This document shows positions 25,300 through 38,352 of a stretch of DNA of 64,000 bases, one piece after another. This stretch comes from Felis catus. Taxonomy: Eukaryota. The translations under genes and the position numbers were made by a program. Under the pieces are notes generated by a model. The model did no database searches. It worked only from the letters and a program-made list of their open reading frames with translations, and was not told the origin of the DNA. The stretch covers positions 40,984,001 through 41,048,000 of the forward strand of contig NC_058368.1 in NCBI RefSeq assembly GCF_018350175.1, read 5' to 3'. Positions within the stretch are counted from its first letter, which is position 1. The number at the start of each line of letters is the position of its first letter.

Positions 25300-26303
25300 A
25301 CACTAGTATTCTTAAACCTTAGCAAAGCTAAATCTGTAATATAAGAAGACTATAAATACAGTATTATAAAGTGGAGTTTATCTTGGGAATGCCAGTTTGA
25401 TTTAACATTAGAATAGCAATCAATTAATTAGCCACATTAACTGAATAAAGAAGAAAACTTATGTGATGAACTCTATAGCTGCAAACAAAACTGGAAGCAG
25501 GGATAGTTGGTCGCTTTGTTGTTTTAGGAATTAGAACTATAAAATAACTCTTTGTTTACACATAAGAACATGAACCATGAATAATGGTTATTATGAATAA
25601 AGAAATATAATTGCAAGTTTGGGGTGGAAGATAGCATTACTTGGACCAATTGAGAAGTGAGTGATAAAACAAGTCATGTGTTTCTATACTGATGTATTTC
25701 TGAATACAATTGTGAGTTTTTCCACAAAGCTCACTGAAGTCAGGGAAAGTACTATTATTAAATTAACCTGGATTCAAATATTTACTAAAGATATTTAAAA
25801 AATAAAACACAATTTTTATCTCAAAATTTTCCCTTCTCAAAATTTCTATCTCAAAATATCTGAAAGATATTTCTTCCTGCCTTTATCGCAAAAGCAATTG
25901 AACATGTCTCAGAGAACAATGAGCAAATTCACAATGTATATTTGTAAAACCACTTTTATTAAATTCAGGCACTTGATATATTTTTAATTACATTTTTAAA
26001 TGTTTTCAAGGTAACCTTAAGGCAAAAAAATAAATAAAAACAAAAAAGAAACAAAATTGCAAATGAATGTGTGTCTTAGAAATTGCTGGTATTTTTTTTT
26101 TTTTTTTTGCAATTATTTCCAATCTACTTATTAAATCCCTGGAAACTGAACAATGTCATGACTTATAAGAGAAGTAACATAAGAAGTGACAATTTGTAGA
26201 AACAACTCAAAGATACTTAACAGATACAATTTTATATATCATCTTTTTGCCTTCAAGTATTGGCTTGCCATTTTTCCTTGCCCATATTCTCTCCTATGCT
26301 TAC

Positions 26304-26418
26304 CCAAGATATATTTTTAAAAGTTCATTAAGAAGCTGGAAATGATAACAAGTCTTAAATTTTAAAATCAATGATTCTGTGACAAAGTTATATCTTGGAA
26401 AAATATTACTTTATGTGG
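26304..26418 (-). pseudogene. Candidate exon, 115 nt, stops in all frames
   Basis: Branch-like tactgat plus ctttcatttag acceptor; donor TGG|gtaagc. Confidence 0.35.
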
Positions 26419-27379
26419 CTAAATGAAAGATCAGTAATTTTCAATTCTTAGTTGTGAAGAACGATATGGGGGGGGGGTGTTTAAACCACACCGATAAGGT
26501 TTGAGTAAGTCTTCTTCTAGAATATATATCCTATTTTTTTAAGTAGGATTTTTAATATGTTTTATATATTTGGTTTTTGGTTTTATTTTATTTGAACAAA
26601 GGATGCTTGTTTTATCATGGGTAAATGACATAACCAATCTGCATCTTAGTTTCTATATCTGGAGAAAGGGATAATAGTATCATTGGGTTGTTGGAATAAA
26701 ATGTGACTATGCATGTAAAATGTTAAGCGTATTAATACACAATAAATGTGAGCTCTCACTGTATTTTAAAACTTGAAAACCTCTGTTCTCTAGTATACTG
26801 CATGAAAAGCAATATTAAGGTAAAGAATCCAGAAAGGAGATAAAGTATCTCTCAATATTCTGGGCTTAAAGATACTTGTGTTCTGTTTGTTGAAAAAACA
26901 CTTCAATTCTCCTAAAATTAAGAAAAAAAGTTAATTTAATTAAAATGTATGTATTAAAAAAACTTTTTGACTTTCTCCCAGCTTGAGTATTATAAAAGAA
27001 ATGAATTATAACACTCTTAAATGAAAAAAAAAAGTAAAAGATAACATTAGTTAAGTTTACAAGGCAAAACCCGACAGGATAGGTTTTTATTCCTAATTCT
27101 TAGAGTCTGTATTACCAAGGAATATAGAGCACTTAATAAATCACGAGAAGTGTAAAATTAATGACTCAAAAAAAAAGGCTTAAATCCTCAACTCATTTAA
27201 AAAATCTGTCGTTAACATGAAAAATGCAAGTAAAGTGGATAGCCTGGAAGTGAAGAAGACCTTGTTGAATTACTTATTGACAAACAGAAGATAACAAAGT
27301 ACTTGGCTCATATTGAAATGAATGTAAACAAGCGCGATGCGAAACTCACATTCCAGGGGAAATTAGAAAACCTGCTTAC

Positions 27380-27451
27380 TCTGTTGAGTTGTATTTTAAA
27401 AGGCAAGGAAACTGGGATGATTTATTAAAGTGGAACTTGGTGAAGGAGACA
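27380..27451 (-). pseudogene. Candidate exon, 72 nt, phase 2-2: VSFTKFHFNKSSQFPCLLKYNST
   Basis: Acceptor atgtttcgttgtctag, donor AGA|gtaagc; open; phase matches the 41636 donor. Confidence 0.45.
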
Positions 27452-28147
27452 CTAGACAACGAAACATTTGAAAAGTGGATATATGATAAAAATAAAAAGT
27501 GAATGTGATGGTGAGGGACTCATATGGTAATCTCAAATCTGTAGTTAGGTTTTTGATTAAAATGGCATAATGTAACAACCCAAAGGTAGCTTCTCCTCAT
27601 TTTCCTCTAAAATAATAATATAAGATTAATACAAGACAAAAACACAGTTTCAAAAGCTAGGCCTGAGGAAAGACATGACAACAGAGTATATGAAGCATTG
27701 AGATGTATAAAATATGTAAGCTAAATTTCCAAAAATTTACCCAGGCTTCACTTCATACATGTTAAACAAGCCCACTGAAAAACAGGGAAACATTTATCTT
27801 CCATGCAATCTGCTCCTTGACTTAAAGGCTTAAACCTATTACCTACAATTGCTGTCATCCAACAAATAACAGTCAACAAACAATGCAAATAAATTCAACA
27901 AACAAATTAAAACCCAGACAGGAACCACTCAATTCCATAGATACTATACTACATTTGTGAAAAACTTATTTTCTCAACCTTTATTTTTCTCTCTTTCATT
28001 GTATGACTCTAGTGGAGGAATATTATATTGTGGGTGCTCAGTTCTGCATACTAGGTAGGAATGAATCCTAAAATCATGGTATTACAATTGCTCTACTTCA
28101 GTGGTTCCAAAACCTGATTGCACATCAAGATCATCTTGTGAGCCTTA

Positions 28148-28342
28148 GGGGTGCCTGGGTAGCTCAGTCGGTTAAGTGTCTGACTCTTGATTTTGGATCA
28201 GGTCATGATCTCAGGGGTTGTGAGTTTGAGCTCCGCCATGGGCTCTGTGCTAATGCTTGGGATTCTCTCTCTCTCTCCATCTCTGCCCCCTCTGCTCACA
28301 CTTTCTCTCTCTCTCTTTGTCTCTCTCAAAGTAATTTTTTTT
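28148..28342 (+). mobile_element. Older CAN-SINE
   Basis: TSD aagatcat(c/t)ttgtgagc. Confidence 0.9.
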
Positions 28343-28435
28343 AAGATCATTTTGTGAGCTTGGAAAGAAAAATTAGCTGCCTGGCTGATCAAATGCACAA
28401 ATAAATCAGAATCTTTGGGGGTTAAATCTTGTATG

Positions 28436-28508
28436 TTTCCTTCCTTCCTTCCTTCCTTCCTTCCTTCCTTCCTTCCTTCCTTCCTTCCTTCCTTCCCTCC
28501 CTTTCTCC

Positions 28509-28580
<72 letters not shown>

Positions 28581-28626
28581 TTTCTCTTTCATTCTTTTTC
28601 TTTCTTCTTTCCCTTTGTTTTCTTTT

Positions 28627-28674
<48 letters not shown>

Positions 28675-28862
28675 TCCTCCTTCCTTCCTTCCTTCCTTCC
28701 TTCCCTCCCTCCCTCTCTCCATCTTTCTTTCTTTCTTACTTTCTTTCTTCTTTTCCTTTCTTTCTTCTTTCTTTCTTTTTTCCTTTCTCTTTCTTTCTTT
28801 CTTCCTTTCCTTTCCTCCTTCCTTCTTTCCTTCCTTCCTTCATTCCCTCCTTCCCTCCCTCC

Positions 28863-28924
<62 letters not shown>

Positions 28925-28977
28925 TTTTGCTTTCTTCTTTCTTTCTTCTTTTGCTTTCTTCTTTCTTTCTTCCTTTT

Positions 28978-29033
<56 letters not shown>

Positions 29034-29092
29034 TCCTTCTTTCTTTCCTTTCCTCCTTCCTTCCCTCCCTCTCTCCCTCTCTCCCTCTCTCC

Positions 29093-29150
<58 letters not shown>

Positions 29151-29207
29151 TTTCCCTTTCTTTCTTCTTCCTTCCTTCCCTCCCTCCTTTCTTCTTCTTT
29201 TCTTCTT
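28436..29207. repeat. About 770-bp compound (CCTT)n/(CTTT)n polypyrimidine microsatellite
   Basis: Direct reading; only isolated purines. Confidence 0.98.
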
Positions 29208-29740
29208 GCTTAATGTACCAGGGATTCAGACATCCAAGAAAGTTTCAGAACTACATTCTATCCCTCCATTGCATAAATATTAGCATGAAATATTATGAAA
29301 CGTTCTCAAAGACCTTGTTTTCGATAAACACGTGATGATTTCTTTTGTATACTCCATTACTCCATAGCAAACATGATACTAATGTTAGAATAGACATTTA
29401 ATTAGGTTCTAACAGGATACATGGAGGTCAGCAATGAGGAAGTCACAGCCAGCTACCTGGAAGGTCAGAGCCTGTCCTGGCAGCAGTCCTCAAGAAGCTA
29501 GATCACAGCAGATAGTTCCAAGATGGCAGATGACACGATAGGAAACTTCTGACCAAATTAGAAAGAAAAAGGCATGAGACCCTGCTTCCATACCCCAAGT
29601 AATGAATATTCTGCCCCCTGGTTAGCAAATGCTGATAAAGGTACAAACCCAAACCCTAGGGATGCAGCTCACACTCTCTGTTCTCTCTGTCTCTCACACA
29701 CACTTTTAGAGTGTACTTTTCACTTTAATAAACTTTCCTA

Positions 29741-31063
29741 CTTTTGGGGTGTTGTGTTTGGTAAGTTCTTTATAGACTTTGGATTCTAACCCTTTATCTG
29801 ATATGTCATTTGCAAATGTCTTCTCCCATTCCATTGGTTGACTTTTAATTTTGTTGATTGTTTCCTTTGCTGTGCAGAAGCTTTTTATCTTGATGAGGTC
29901 CCAATAGTTCATTTTTGCATTTATTTCCTTTGCCTTGGGAGAAGTGTCGAGTAAGAAGTTGCTGTGGCTGAGGTCAAAGAGGTTGTTGCCCGTTTTTGCC
30001 TGTAGGGTTTTGATGGTTTCCTTTCACACATTTAGGTATTTATCCATTTTGAGTTTATTTTTGTGTATGACATAAGAAAGTTTCATTCTTCTGCATGTTG
30101 CTGTCCAGTTCTTCCAGCACCATTTGCTAAAGATACTGTCTTTTTCCCATTGGATACTCTTTCCTGCTTTGTCAAAGATTAGTTGGTCATACATTTGTGG
30201 GTCTAATTCTGGGTTCTCTATTCTATTCCATTGGTCTATATGTCTGTTTTTGTGCCAATACCATACTGTCTTGATGATTACAGCTTTGTAGTACAGGCTA
30301 AAGTCCAGGATTGTGATACCTCCAGCTTTGGTTTTCTTTTAAACATTACTTTGGCTATTCAGGGTTTTTGTGTTTCCATACAAATTTTAGGATTGTTTGT
30401 TCTAGCTCTGAGAAGAATGCTGGTGCAATTTTGATTGGGATTGCATTGAATGTGTAGATTGCTTTTGGTAGTATTGACATTTTAACAATATTTCTTCTTC
30501 TAATCCATTAGGGTGGAATGTTTTTCCATTTCTTTGTGTCTTCTTCAATTTCTTTCATAAGTTTTCTATAGTTTTCAGCATACAGATCTTTTACCTCTGT
30601 GATTAGGTTTATTCCTAGGTATTTTATGGTTCTTGGTGCAATTGTAAATGGGATTGATTCCTTGATTTCCCTTTCTGTTGCTTCATTATTGGTGCATAGA
30701 AATGCAACTGATTTCTGTACATTGATTTTATATCCTGCTACTTTGCTGATTTCATGTATCATTTCTAGTAGCTTTTTGGTGGAGTCTTTTCAGGTTTTCC
30801 ATACAAAGTATCATGTCATCTGCAAAAAGTGAAAGTTTGACTTCTTTGCCAATTTGGATGCCTTTTATTTCATTTTAATGTCTGATTGCTGAGGCTAGGA
30901 CTTCCAACAGTATGTTAAACAACAGTGGTGAGAGTGGACATCCCTGATCTCAGGGGGAAAGCTCTCAGTTTTTCCCCATTGAAGATATCGTTAGCTGTGG
31001 GTGTTTCATATGTGACTTTTATGTTGTTAACGTACGTTCCTTCTATCCCAACTGTCTTGAGGG
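29741..31063 (-). mobile_element. Inverted 5' segment of a carnivore L1 (ORF2, frameshifted)
   Basis: Peptides [39 protein letters not shown]. Confidence 0.95.
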
Positions 31064-32218
31064 AAGAAATGGGCAGAAGACGTGAATAGACACTTTTCCA
31101 AAAAAAGACACCCAGATGGCCAACAGACACATGAAAAGATGCTCAACATCACTCATCATAAGGGAAATACAAATCAAAACCACAATGAGATACCACTTTA
31201 CACTGGTCAGAGTGGCTAAAATTAACAACTCAGGAAACAACAAATGTTGGTGAGGAAGTGAAGAAACAGGAACTCTCTTACACTGTTGGTGGGAATGCAA
31301 ACTGGTGCAGCTGCTCTGGAAAACAGTATGGACGTTCCTCAAAAATTTAAAAATAGAATTACCCTAGGACCCAGCAATAGCACTACTAGGAATTTATCCA
31401 AGGGATATAGGATTGCTGATTCGTAGGGGCACGTGTACTCCAATGTATAGCAGCACTTTGAACAATAGCCAAATTATGGAAAGAGCCTAAATGTCCATCA
31501 ACTGATGAATGGATAAGAAGATATGGTTTGGGGCGCCTGGGTGGCTTGATCGGTTAAGCATCCGACTTCGGCTCAGGTCATGATCTCACGGTCCATGAGT
31601 TTGAGCCCCGCGTAGGGCTCTGTGCTGACAGCTCAGAGCCTGGAGCCTGTTTCAGATTCTGTGTCTCCCTCTCTCTCTGCCCCTCCCCTGTTCATGCTCT
31701 GTCTCTCTCTGTCTCAAAAATAAATAAACGTTAAAAAAGTTTAAAAAAAAGAAGACATGGTTTATATATACAATGGAATACTACTTGGCAATGAGAAAAA
31801 ATGAAATCTTGCCATTTTCAACAATGTGGATGGAACTGGAGCATGTTATGCTAAGTGAAATAAGTTAATCAGAGAACAGATATCATATGTTTTCATTCAC
31901 ATGTGGAATTTGAAAAACAATGGAAGGCCATGGGAGAAGAGAAGGGGAAAAACATAGTTTCAAACAGAGACGGAGGCAAACAACAAGAGACTCAAATACA
32001 GAGAACAAACTTAGGGTTGATGGGTGGGCAGGGGGAGGGGAAAAATGGTGACAGGCATTGAGGAGGGCACTTGTTGGGATGAGCACTGGGTATTGTATGT
32101 AAGTGATGAATCATGGGAATCTACTCCTGATGCCAAGAGCACACTGTATACAGTATGTTAGCTAACTTGACAATAAATTATATTAAATCAATCAATCAAT
32201 CAATCAATTAAACAATCA
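31064..32218 (+). mobile_element. Sense 3' segment of the same L1 (ORF2 end, 3'UTR, (TCAA)n tail)
   Basis: aagaaatgggcagaagac…; TSD aa(t/c)aaactttcct at 29727 and 32219. Confidence 0.95.
31530..31748 (+). mobile_element. Feline SINE nested in the L1
   Basis: TSD aagaaga(t/c)atggttt. Confidence 0.96.
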
Positions 32219-32534
32219 AACAAACTTTCCTGCTGTGTCACTTGTCTGCTGTGCTGTATGTCCTTGAATTCATTCTTGTGACAAGACCAAGAACCTTTGT
32301 AGACTCCTTTGGGTCTGGCTGGGTTGAGACTCCAGGGCCCAGACACACCCCAGTAAACTCAACAACACTTATATTACTGATAGATAACTAAACACAACTA
32401 TTCAAAAAATTATTATATGTCCTGTTCTTCATCTTCTGGATATTTTTTCCCTTTTCTTTTCTTGCTATTTTGGGAAATGTTACAAACCTTTCCCCATTTT
32501 CTTTATTGAGAGAAAAATGTTAAAAATTCCTAGG

Positions 32535-34170
32535 TTTGTTTTTTTGTTCCTGTTTACTTATTTATTTTTTAATTTACCTCCAAGTTAGTTAGCATATAGT
32601 GCTATAATGATTTCAGGAGTAGATTCCCGTGATTCATCCCATATGTATAATACCCAGTGCTCATCTGAAGTGTCCTCCCTAATGCCCCTTACCCATTTAG
32701 TCCATCCCCCCACCCACAACTCCTCCAGCAACCCTCAGTTTGTTCTGTGTATTTAAGAGTCTCTTATGTTTTATCCCCTCCTTGTTTTTATATTGTTTTT
32801 GCTTCCCTTCCTTTATGTTCATTAAATTCTTCATATGAGTGAAGTCATATAATATTTGTCGTTCTGTGACTGGCTAATTTCGCTTAGCATCATACTCTCT
32901 AGTTCCATCCATGTAATTACAAATGGCAAGATTTCATTCTTTTTGAATGCTGAGTATATATATATATATATATATATATCTTCTTTATCCACTCATCCTT
33001 CGATGGACATTTGGATCCTTCCATATTTTGGCTATTATTGATAGTGCTGCTGTGAACTTTGGGGTGCATGTGCCCTTTTGAAACAGCACACCTATATTCC
33101 TTGAATAAATACCTAGTAGTGAAATTGCTGGGTCGTAGGGTAGTTCTATTTTTAATTTTTTGAGGAACTTCCATACTATTTTTCAGAGTGGCTGCACCAG
33201 TTTGTATTCCCACCAGCAGTGCAAAAGAGATCCTCTTTCTGCATATTCTCACCAACATCTGTTGTTGCCTGAGTTGTTTATTTTAACCATTCTGACTGGT
33301 ATGAGGTGGTGTCTCATTGTGGTTTTGATTTCTATTTCCCTTATAATGAGTGATGTTGAGCATCTTTTCATGTGTCTGTTGGCCATCTGGATGTCTTCTT
33401 TGGAGAAGTGTCTATTCATGTCTCTTGCCCATTTCTTCACTGGATTATTTGTTTTTTGGGTGTTGAATTTGATAACTTCTTTATAGATTTTGGATACTAC
33501 CCCTTTATCCAATATGTTATTTGCAAATATCTTCTCCTATTCCATCGGATGTCTTTTAGTTTTGTTGATTGTTTCCTTTGTTGTGCAGAAGCTTTTTATT
33601 TTGATGAGGTCTCAATAGTTCATTTTTGCTTTTGTTTTCCTTGCCTCTGGAGATGTGTTGAGTAAGAAGTTTCTGCGGCCAATATCAAAGAGGTTCTTGC
33701 CTGCTTTTTCCTTGAGGTTTTTGATGGCTTCCTGTCTTATGTTTGGGCCTTTCATCCATTTTGAGTTTATTTTTGTGTATGGTGTAAGAAAGTGGTCCAA
33801 GTTCATTTTTCTGCATGTTACTATCCCAGCATAATTGGCTGAAGAGACTGTCTTTATTCCATTGGATGTTCTTTCCTGCTTTGTCAAAGATTAGTTTGCC
33901 ATATGTTTGTGGGTCTATTTCTGGGTTCTCTATTCTGTTTTTGTACCAATACCATACTGTCCTTATGATTACAGCTTTGTAATATACCTTGAAGTCCAGT
34001 ATTATGATACCTCTGCTTTGGTTTTCTTTTTCAGGACTGCTTTGGCCATTCAGGGTCTTTTCCGGTTCCATACAATTTTTAGGATTGTATGTTCTAGCTC
34101 TGTGAAGAATGCTGGTGTTATTTTGATAGGAATTGCATTGAATATGTAGATTGCTTTGGGTAGTATTGAC
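32535..34170 (-). mobile_element. 5'-truncated carnivore L1 (ORF2 3' part plus 3'UTR)
   Basis: Peptides [51 protein letters not shown]. Confidence 0.95.
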
Positions 34171-34822
34171 AAGAGCTCTAGTCATTCTCTCTGAAAAGTC
34201 TATTATAAAGCTACCAACTCTTCTGGTCCAATTGGTTTCCTTGTCTCAGGTTTTTATATCCCCTATTTTATCTAAAACCTACAGAAAACAGTTACTAGAT
34301 GATACTCCTGTTATGTTACCTTGAATTTGTCACTCTGCTGTTTAAAATCTTTTAAAGCTCCTCATAATCTTCAGGACAAATTTCAACTTCTTTATTTCAT
34401 AAGGCAGGAAACAAAATCCACTGCAGGCTTTCTTCTGTTTTAATCAACTCTAGAAATTGCAAAAGCAAGAGAGAATTATGGATAATAGGAGTGAACAAAA
34501 AAGCTCTGAGAAATATTTGGGGAACCTGAAAGCTGATGTGGGCTGCTGTAGTTCTCTATATAATTTGGCTGGGATCTACAGCCTGGGACCAATCTTCAGT
34601 AGACATTTCAGAGGCAGCATAAGTGGGAGGGAAGCTTTTAAGATCTGCTTTTACCCCTGCCTCCCTGTGGAACAATTATAGCCCCTCTCTGCCTTGCAGA
34701 GAGCCCAGTGCCAGTGAGGGTAGCTCAGGTAACAAAACAGCCCTAGTGAGGATTTGATTAAATCAGTGTGAGCAGATTGCTTGTTTTCTGGGGTTCTCTT
34801 CTCTAATCTCTCCCTCCCTTAT

Positions 34823-35035
34823 TAATTTCTTTAACATTTATGCATTTTTGAGAGACAGGGAGAGAGTGGGGGAGGGGCAGAGAGAGAGAGAGAGAGACAC
34901 AGAATCCTAAGCAGGCTCCAGGCTCTGAGATGTCAGCATAGAGCCCAATGTGGGTCTCAGACCCATGAACCATGAGATCATGACCTGAGACAAAGTTGGA
35001 CTGACACTCAATTGACTGAGCCACCCAGATGCCCC
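34823..35035 (-). mobile_element. CAN-SINE
   Basis: Consensus match. Confidence 0.9.
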
Positions 35036-35454
35036 ATTAACCTCTCTCTCTTAATATCTGCTGCCTCCTTCAGTGGCTGATGGATTCCAAATTAAGGAAA
35101 CTGTCTGTTCCTGTAGCTGACTGTTTCTAGTTGTATAAATCCCTGACTTAAACTGTCTGGTGGACTTATAGCCAGTGGAGGAGTCACAGTAGTTGAGTTC
35201 TTGAACACTTCCTCTCAATTCTCTTTAGAGACATATGAAGGGTATGGACACATTGGTCATCCCTGACACATTACCTTTAGGGCAATAAGAAATCAGAGGT
35301 CAAAAAAACTTGATGTTGAAAAAGTAAAACCAGTCTAAAAGAAAGAGAACACTGAACAAAGTATATAAACTTCAAAAGAACCATGAAAACAGATCAATAA
35401 TATGCTTAAATAAATAGAGGAATATTTATAATATATGAACGGAAGTTATTTTTA

Positions 35455-35604
35455 TTTTTTTTTTAATTTTTTTTTCAACGTTTATTTATTTTTGGGACAG
35501 AGAGCGACAGAGCATGAACGGGGGAGGGGCAGAGAGAGAGAGAGACACAGAATCGGAAACGGGCTTCAGGCTCTGAGCCAACAGCCCAGAGCCTGACGCG
35601 GGGC
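35455..35604 (-). mobile_element. 5'-truncated young SINEC_Fc
   Basis: 3' half only; short TSD tattttta. Confidence 0.9.
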
Positions 35605-35626
35605 TATTTTTAAAAGTAGTAATGGA

Positions 35627-35843
35627 GGGGTGCCTAGGTGGCGCAGTAGGTTAAGCGTCTGACTTCAGCTCAGGTCACGATCTTGCGGTCCGTGAGTTCG
35701 AGCCCAGCGTCAGGCTCTGGGCTGATGGCTCAGAGCCTGGAGCCTGCTTCCCATTCTGTGTCTCCTTCTCTCTCTGCCCCTCCCCCCTTCATGCTCTGTC
35801 TCTCTCTGTCTCAAAAATAAACCTTTAAAAAAAATAAAAAAAT
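35627..35843 (+). mobile_element. Young feline SINE
   Basis: TSD aagtagtaatgg. Confidence 0.95.
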
Positions 35844-35899
35844 AGAAGTAGTAATGGCAAATATTTGGTATGAGGAATATAATTAAATAAATACCACAG

Positions 35900-37950
35900 T
35901 ATATATGATAAATGGCAGAATGGATAAACTATGCAACAAATTAGTGATTTCAATCCAAGCCATATATCATATACTCCTGCTGGAAAAAAGAAAAAAAACA
36001 TAAGTGAGTGGGAAAATTTACGATAAAATACTTTTTTTTCTCTCTGATCCCAAACAGAATACAAATTCTTTTTGAACACATGCAGAGCTTTAAAAAATTG
36101 AACTTTTATTAAACCACAAAAGTAGTATCAATTAATTCCAACCACTGAGTGCCACTAGAACATTTTTTTTGCCAAAATGGAATAATCTTTGATATTATTA
36201 AATAAAATAGGCTAATATATTGTTTATATTTGGAATTAAATAACATATTACTAAATAAACCTTATGTTCTAAAGAAAATTCTAGAATAGGTTGCATGGCA
36301 GATTAACAGGCAATGAAAACATTACAATGAAAATTTTGCACAAAAATGAATACAGTTCATAGAAGGAATTTTTTTTCAGGAAACAAGAAAAATAATATGC
36401 AAACTGATTAAGCAAACCAGCTTAGCATTTAACCCCAAATTTGGAAAAAGCATAAACAAAAAGCACATGCAAAAATCAGTGAACTAGAGAATATGAGCAG
36501 CTCTAAAGGAAAAAAAAACATTTTAGGGGCTCCTGATGGCTTGACTGAGTGACCAACTCTTGATTTTGGCTCTGGTCATGATCCAACATAGTGGATCAAA
36601 CCCCAAAATGGACTGTACTGACAGCTCATAGCCTGCCTAAGATTCTCTCTCTCCTTCTCTCTTTGCCCCTTACCCTCTCATGATCTCTCTCTCTCGCCCT
36701 GTGTTTATTTATTTATTTATAAATAAATAAACATTTTAAAATTTTTTAAAGTTTTTTTTTTTTCTTTTCAACAGTAAGTGAAAGGCACTGACTTTTGGCA
36801 AGATGGATCAAAGCAAATGAGTGAAAAAATAAAAATGGACCAAACAGAAAATTAAAAAGTTTGAGTAAGTGCAGATAGAAGGAAAATGTAAAATTACTGT
36901 GCTTTAAGAACAGCTATGTAGATGAAACAAATTATTGTATAATGAACATGCTAAATTGGTCAAATAAAATGTATTAAATATGTATGAAAGAAATTTGAAT
37001 AATAGTAAAAAATACCCTTGCAGGTTTTTATTATTAGGGTGTTCTAACAAATTTTTAATGAAGAGTCAATTGCCACCTTACTCAGTTTGTTCAAGAATAA
37101 AGGAAAAAGTGAAAAAAAAATCAACAGCCTCTTTGATTTATAAAATATTAAATCTTAAATTAATTATTAGTATATATTAAATGATAAGTCTTAATAAAGT
37201 AGCTTTTTTTTACTTAAGAGACAAGGAGAGGTCAACCTCCCAAAAGTGTATCAATGTCATATTCTCCACACTAATATTGAAAGGTATAATCATATGATTA
37301 CCTCAATTATCACACAAAAAAAGAATTTGGGAATTGCAGCACCCACTTATTTTTTAGAAAGTAATTTTATAGAAAAAATTTTAGAAAAGTATGAAAATTA
37401 GGGCAAGCTCTTGACTTGTTTAAATTTATAGACCCCAAAACAACTGAGAACTTTGTCTTTAAGGTCTTTATTCCCAAGAATAAAACAAAGATCCTCTATC
37501 TACCCACTACTGTTAAACCTAAGAATAAAAGTCCTGACCAATGTTAAAGGAAAAGAAAAAAAATTGATATAAAGATTAAAAGAAGATAAAACTCATTATT
37601 TCCAAATGATCTGATCATATGCTTTGGAAAACTTTTAAAATCAACCTGTACACTGTAAAAACTAATAAGTCAGGTTAGGAAAGTTACTGTAATGAGATTT
37701 ATTTATCAATCTTGTTAGTATCTTTCTGTATAAACAATAAAATGATAAATAATAGTAGAATATAATAAATTTTAGATGCCACTCAAATAGCAATTAAAAT
37801 AGCAAATGTCTATAGAGTATATGGAAATAAACTTAACCCTAAAGATACAAATCTCTGGTACAGAATTTGAAAACTTTAATAAAGTTTTTTGGGAGACATT
37901 TCATACTCTTGGATGAGAAGACTTAATATTATGAAACATTATTATTCCCA
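35900..37950 (+). mobile_element. Highly degraded old L1 ORF2
   Basis: A-rich ORF2-like motifs (gaaataaacttaac, tcatactcttggatgagaagacttaatattatgaa). Confidence 0.5.
36526..36728 (+). mobile_element. Older CAN-SINE
   Basis: TSD aaacatttta. Confidence 0.85.
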
Positions 37951-38352
37951 CTTAGTCCTCTGGCCCCTGATATTCCACATGTGTCATACAAGCAAAATAC
38001 ATTTACTCCATCTATATATCTTCAAATAGATCCCCATGACAGGATCATCTCAGTTCAAAATCTTTTCTTCTAAATCTAAATCTAATCATATAAGATATCT
38101 AAACTAGCTTGGATGAGGCTCTTGTGTGTCATCCATTCTGGGCACAATACTTTTTAATCTGTTAACCATGAAATGAACATGGTTTCTGCCTCCAAAATTT
38201 GAACATACAATGGTGGACAGCTGTCAGATAACAGTAATAAATTCTGGTGTTAAAAAGTGGCAAAATGGAAGGTGAAAGATTTACCAGTCCAAAGCAGTTT
38301 CGAAATCCAGTTGAGTAAACTCCAGCTGGAGTTCCTTAATTAGGTTTCAAGA

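Larger units (their letters stand above)
23820..25490 (+). mobile_element. Degraded old L1 ORF2 region hosting younger insertions
   Basis: ORF2-derived motifs (aaatgcctatgttagaaaagaagaaa; aatttgtgagacatagctaaa). Confidence 0.6.
28099..29258. mobile_element. MER5-like hAT relic split by a SINE and a large microsatellite
   Basis: cagtggttccaaaacctgattgcacatcaagatca…aaatcagaatctttggggg… resumes as gattcagacatccaagaaagtttcagaactac. Confidence 0.5.
29383..32367 (+). mobile_element. ERV1-type solo LTR (29383-29740 plus 32219-32367) split by an L1
   Basis: TGTTAG…AACA ends, flanks ctaa/ctta, AATAAA at 29727, U5-like continuation after the L1. Confidence 0.75.

Noticed and set aside
27243..27428. 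Plus-strand 61-codon open stretch (SEEDLVELLIDKQKITKYLAHIEM…)
   Set aside because: No start or splice context and no neighbouring plus-strand exons; within chance for a 64-kb window
28198..29335. ORFs of 174-306 aa (FLSF/ERKK repeats)
   Set aside because: Translations of the CTTT/CCTT microsatellite, which cannot contain stop codons
29706..34185. L1 ORF2 peptides as a functional reverse transcriptase gene
   Set aside because: Truncated, inverted or frameshifted L1 copies
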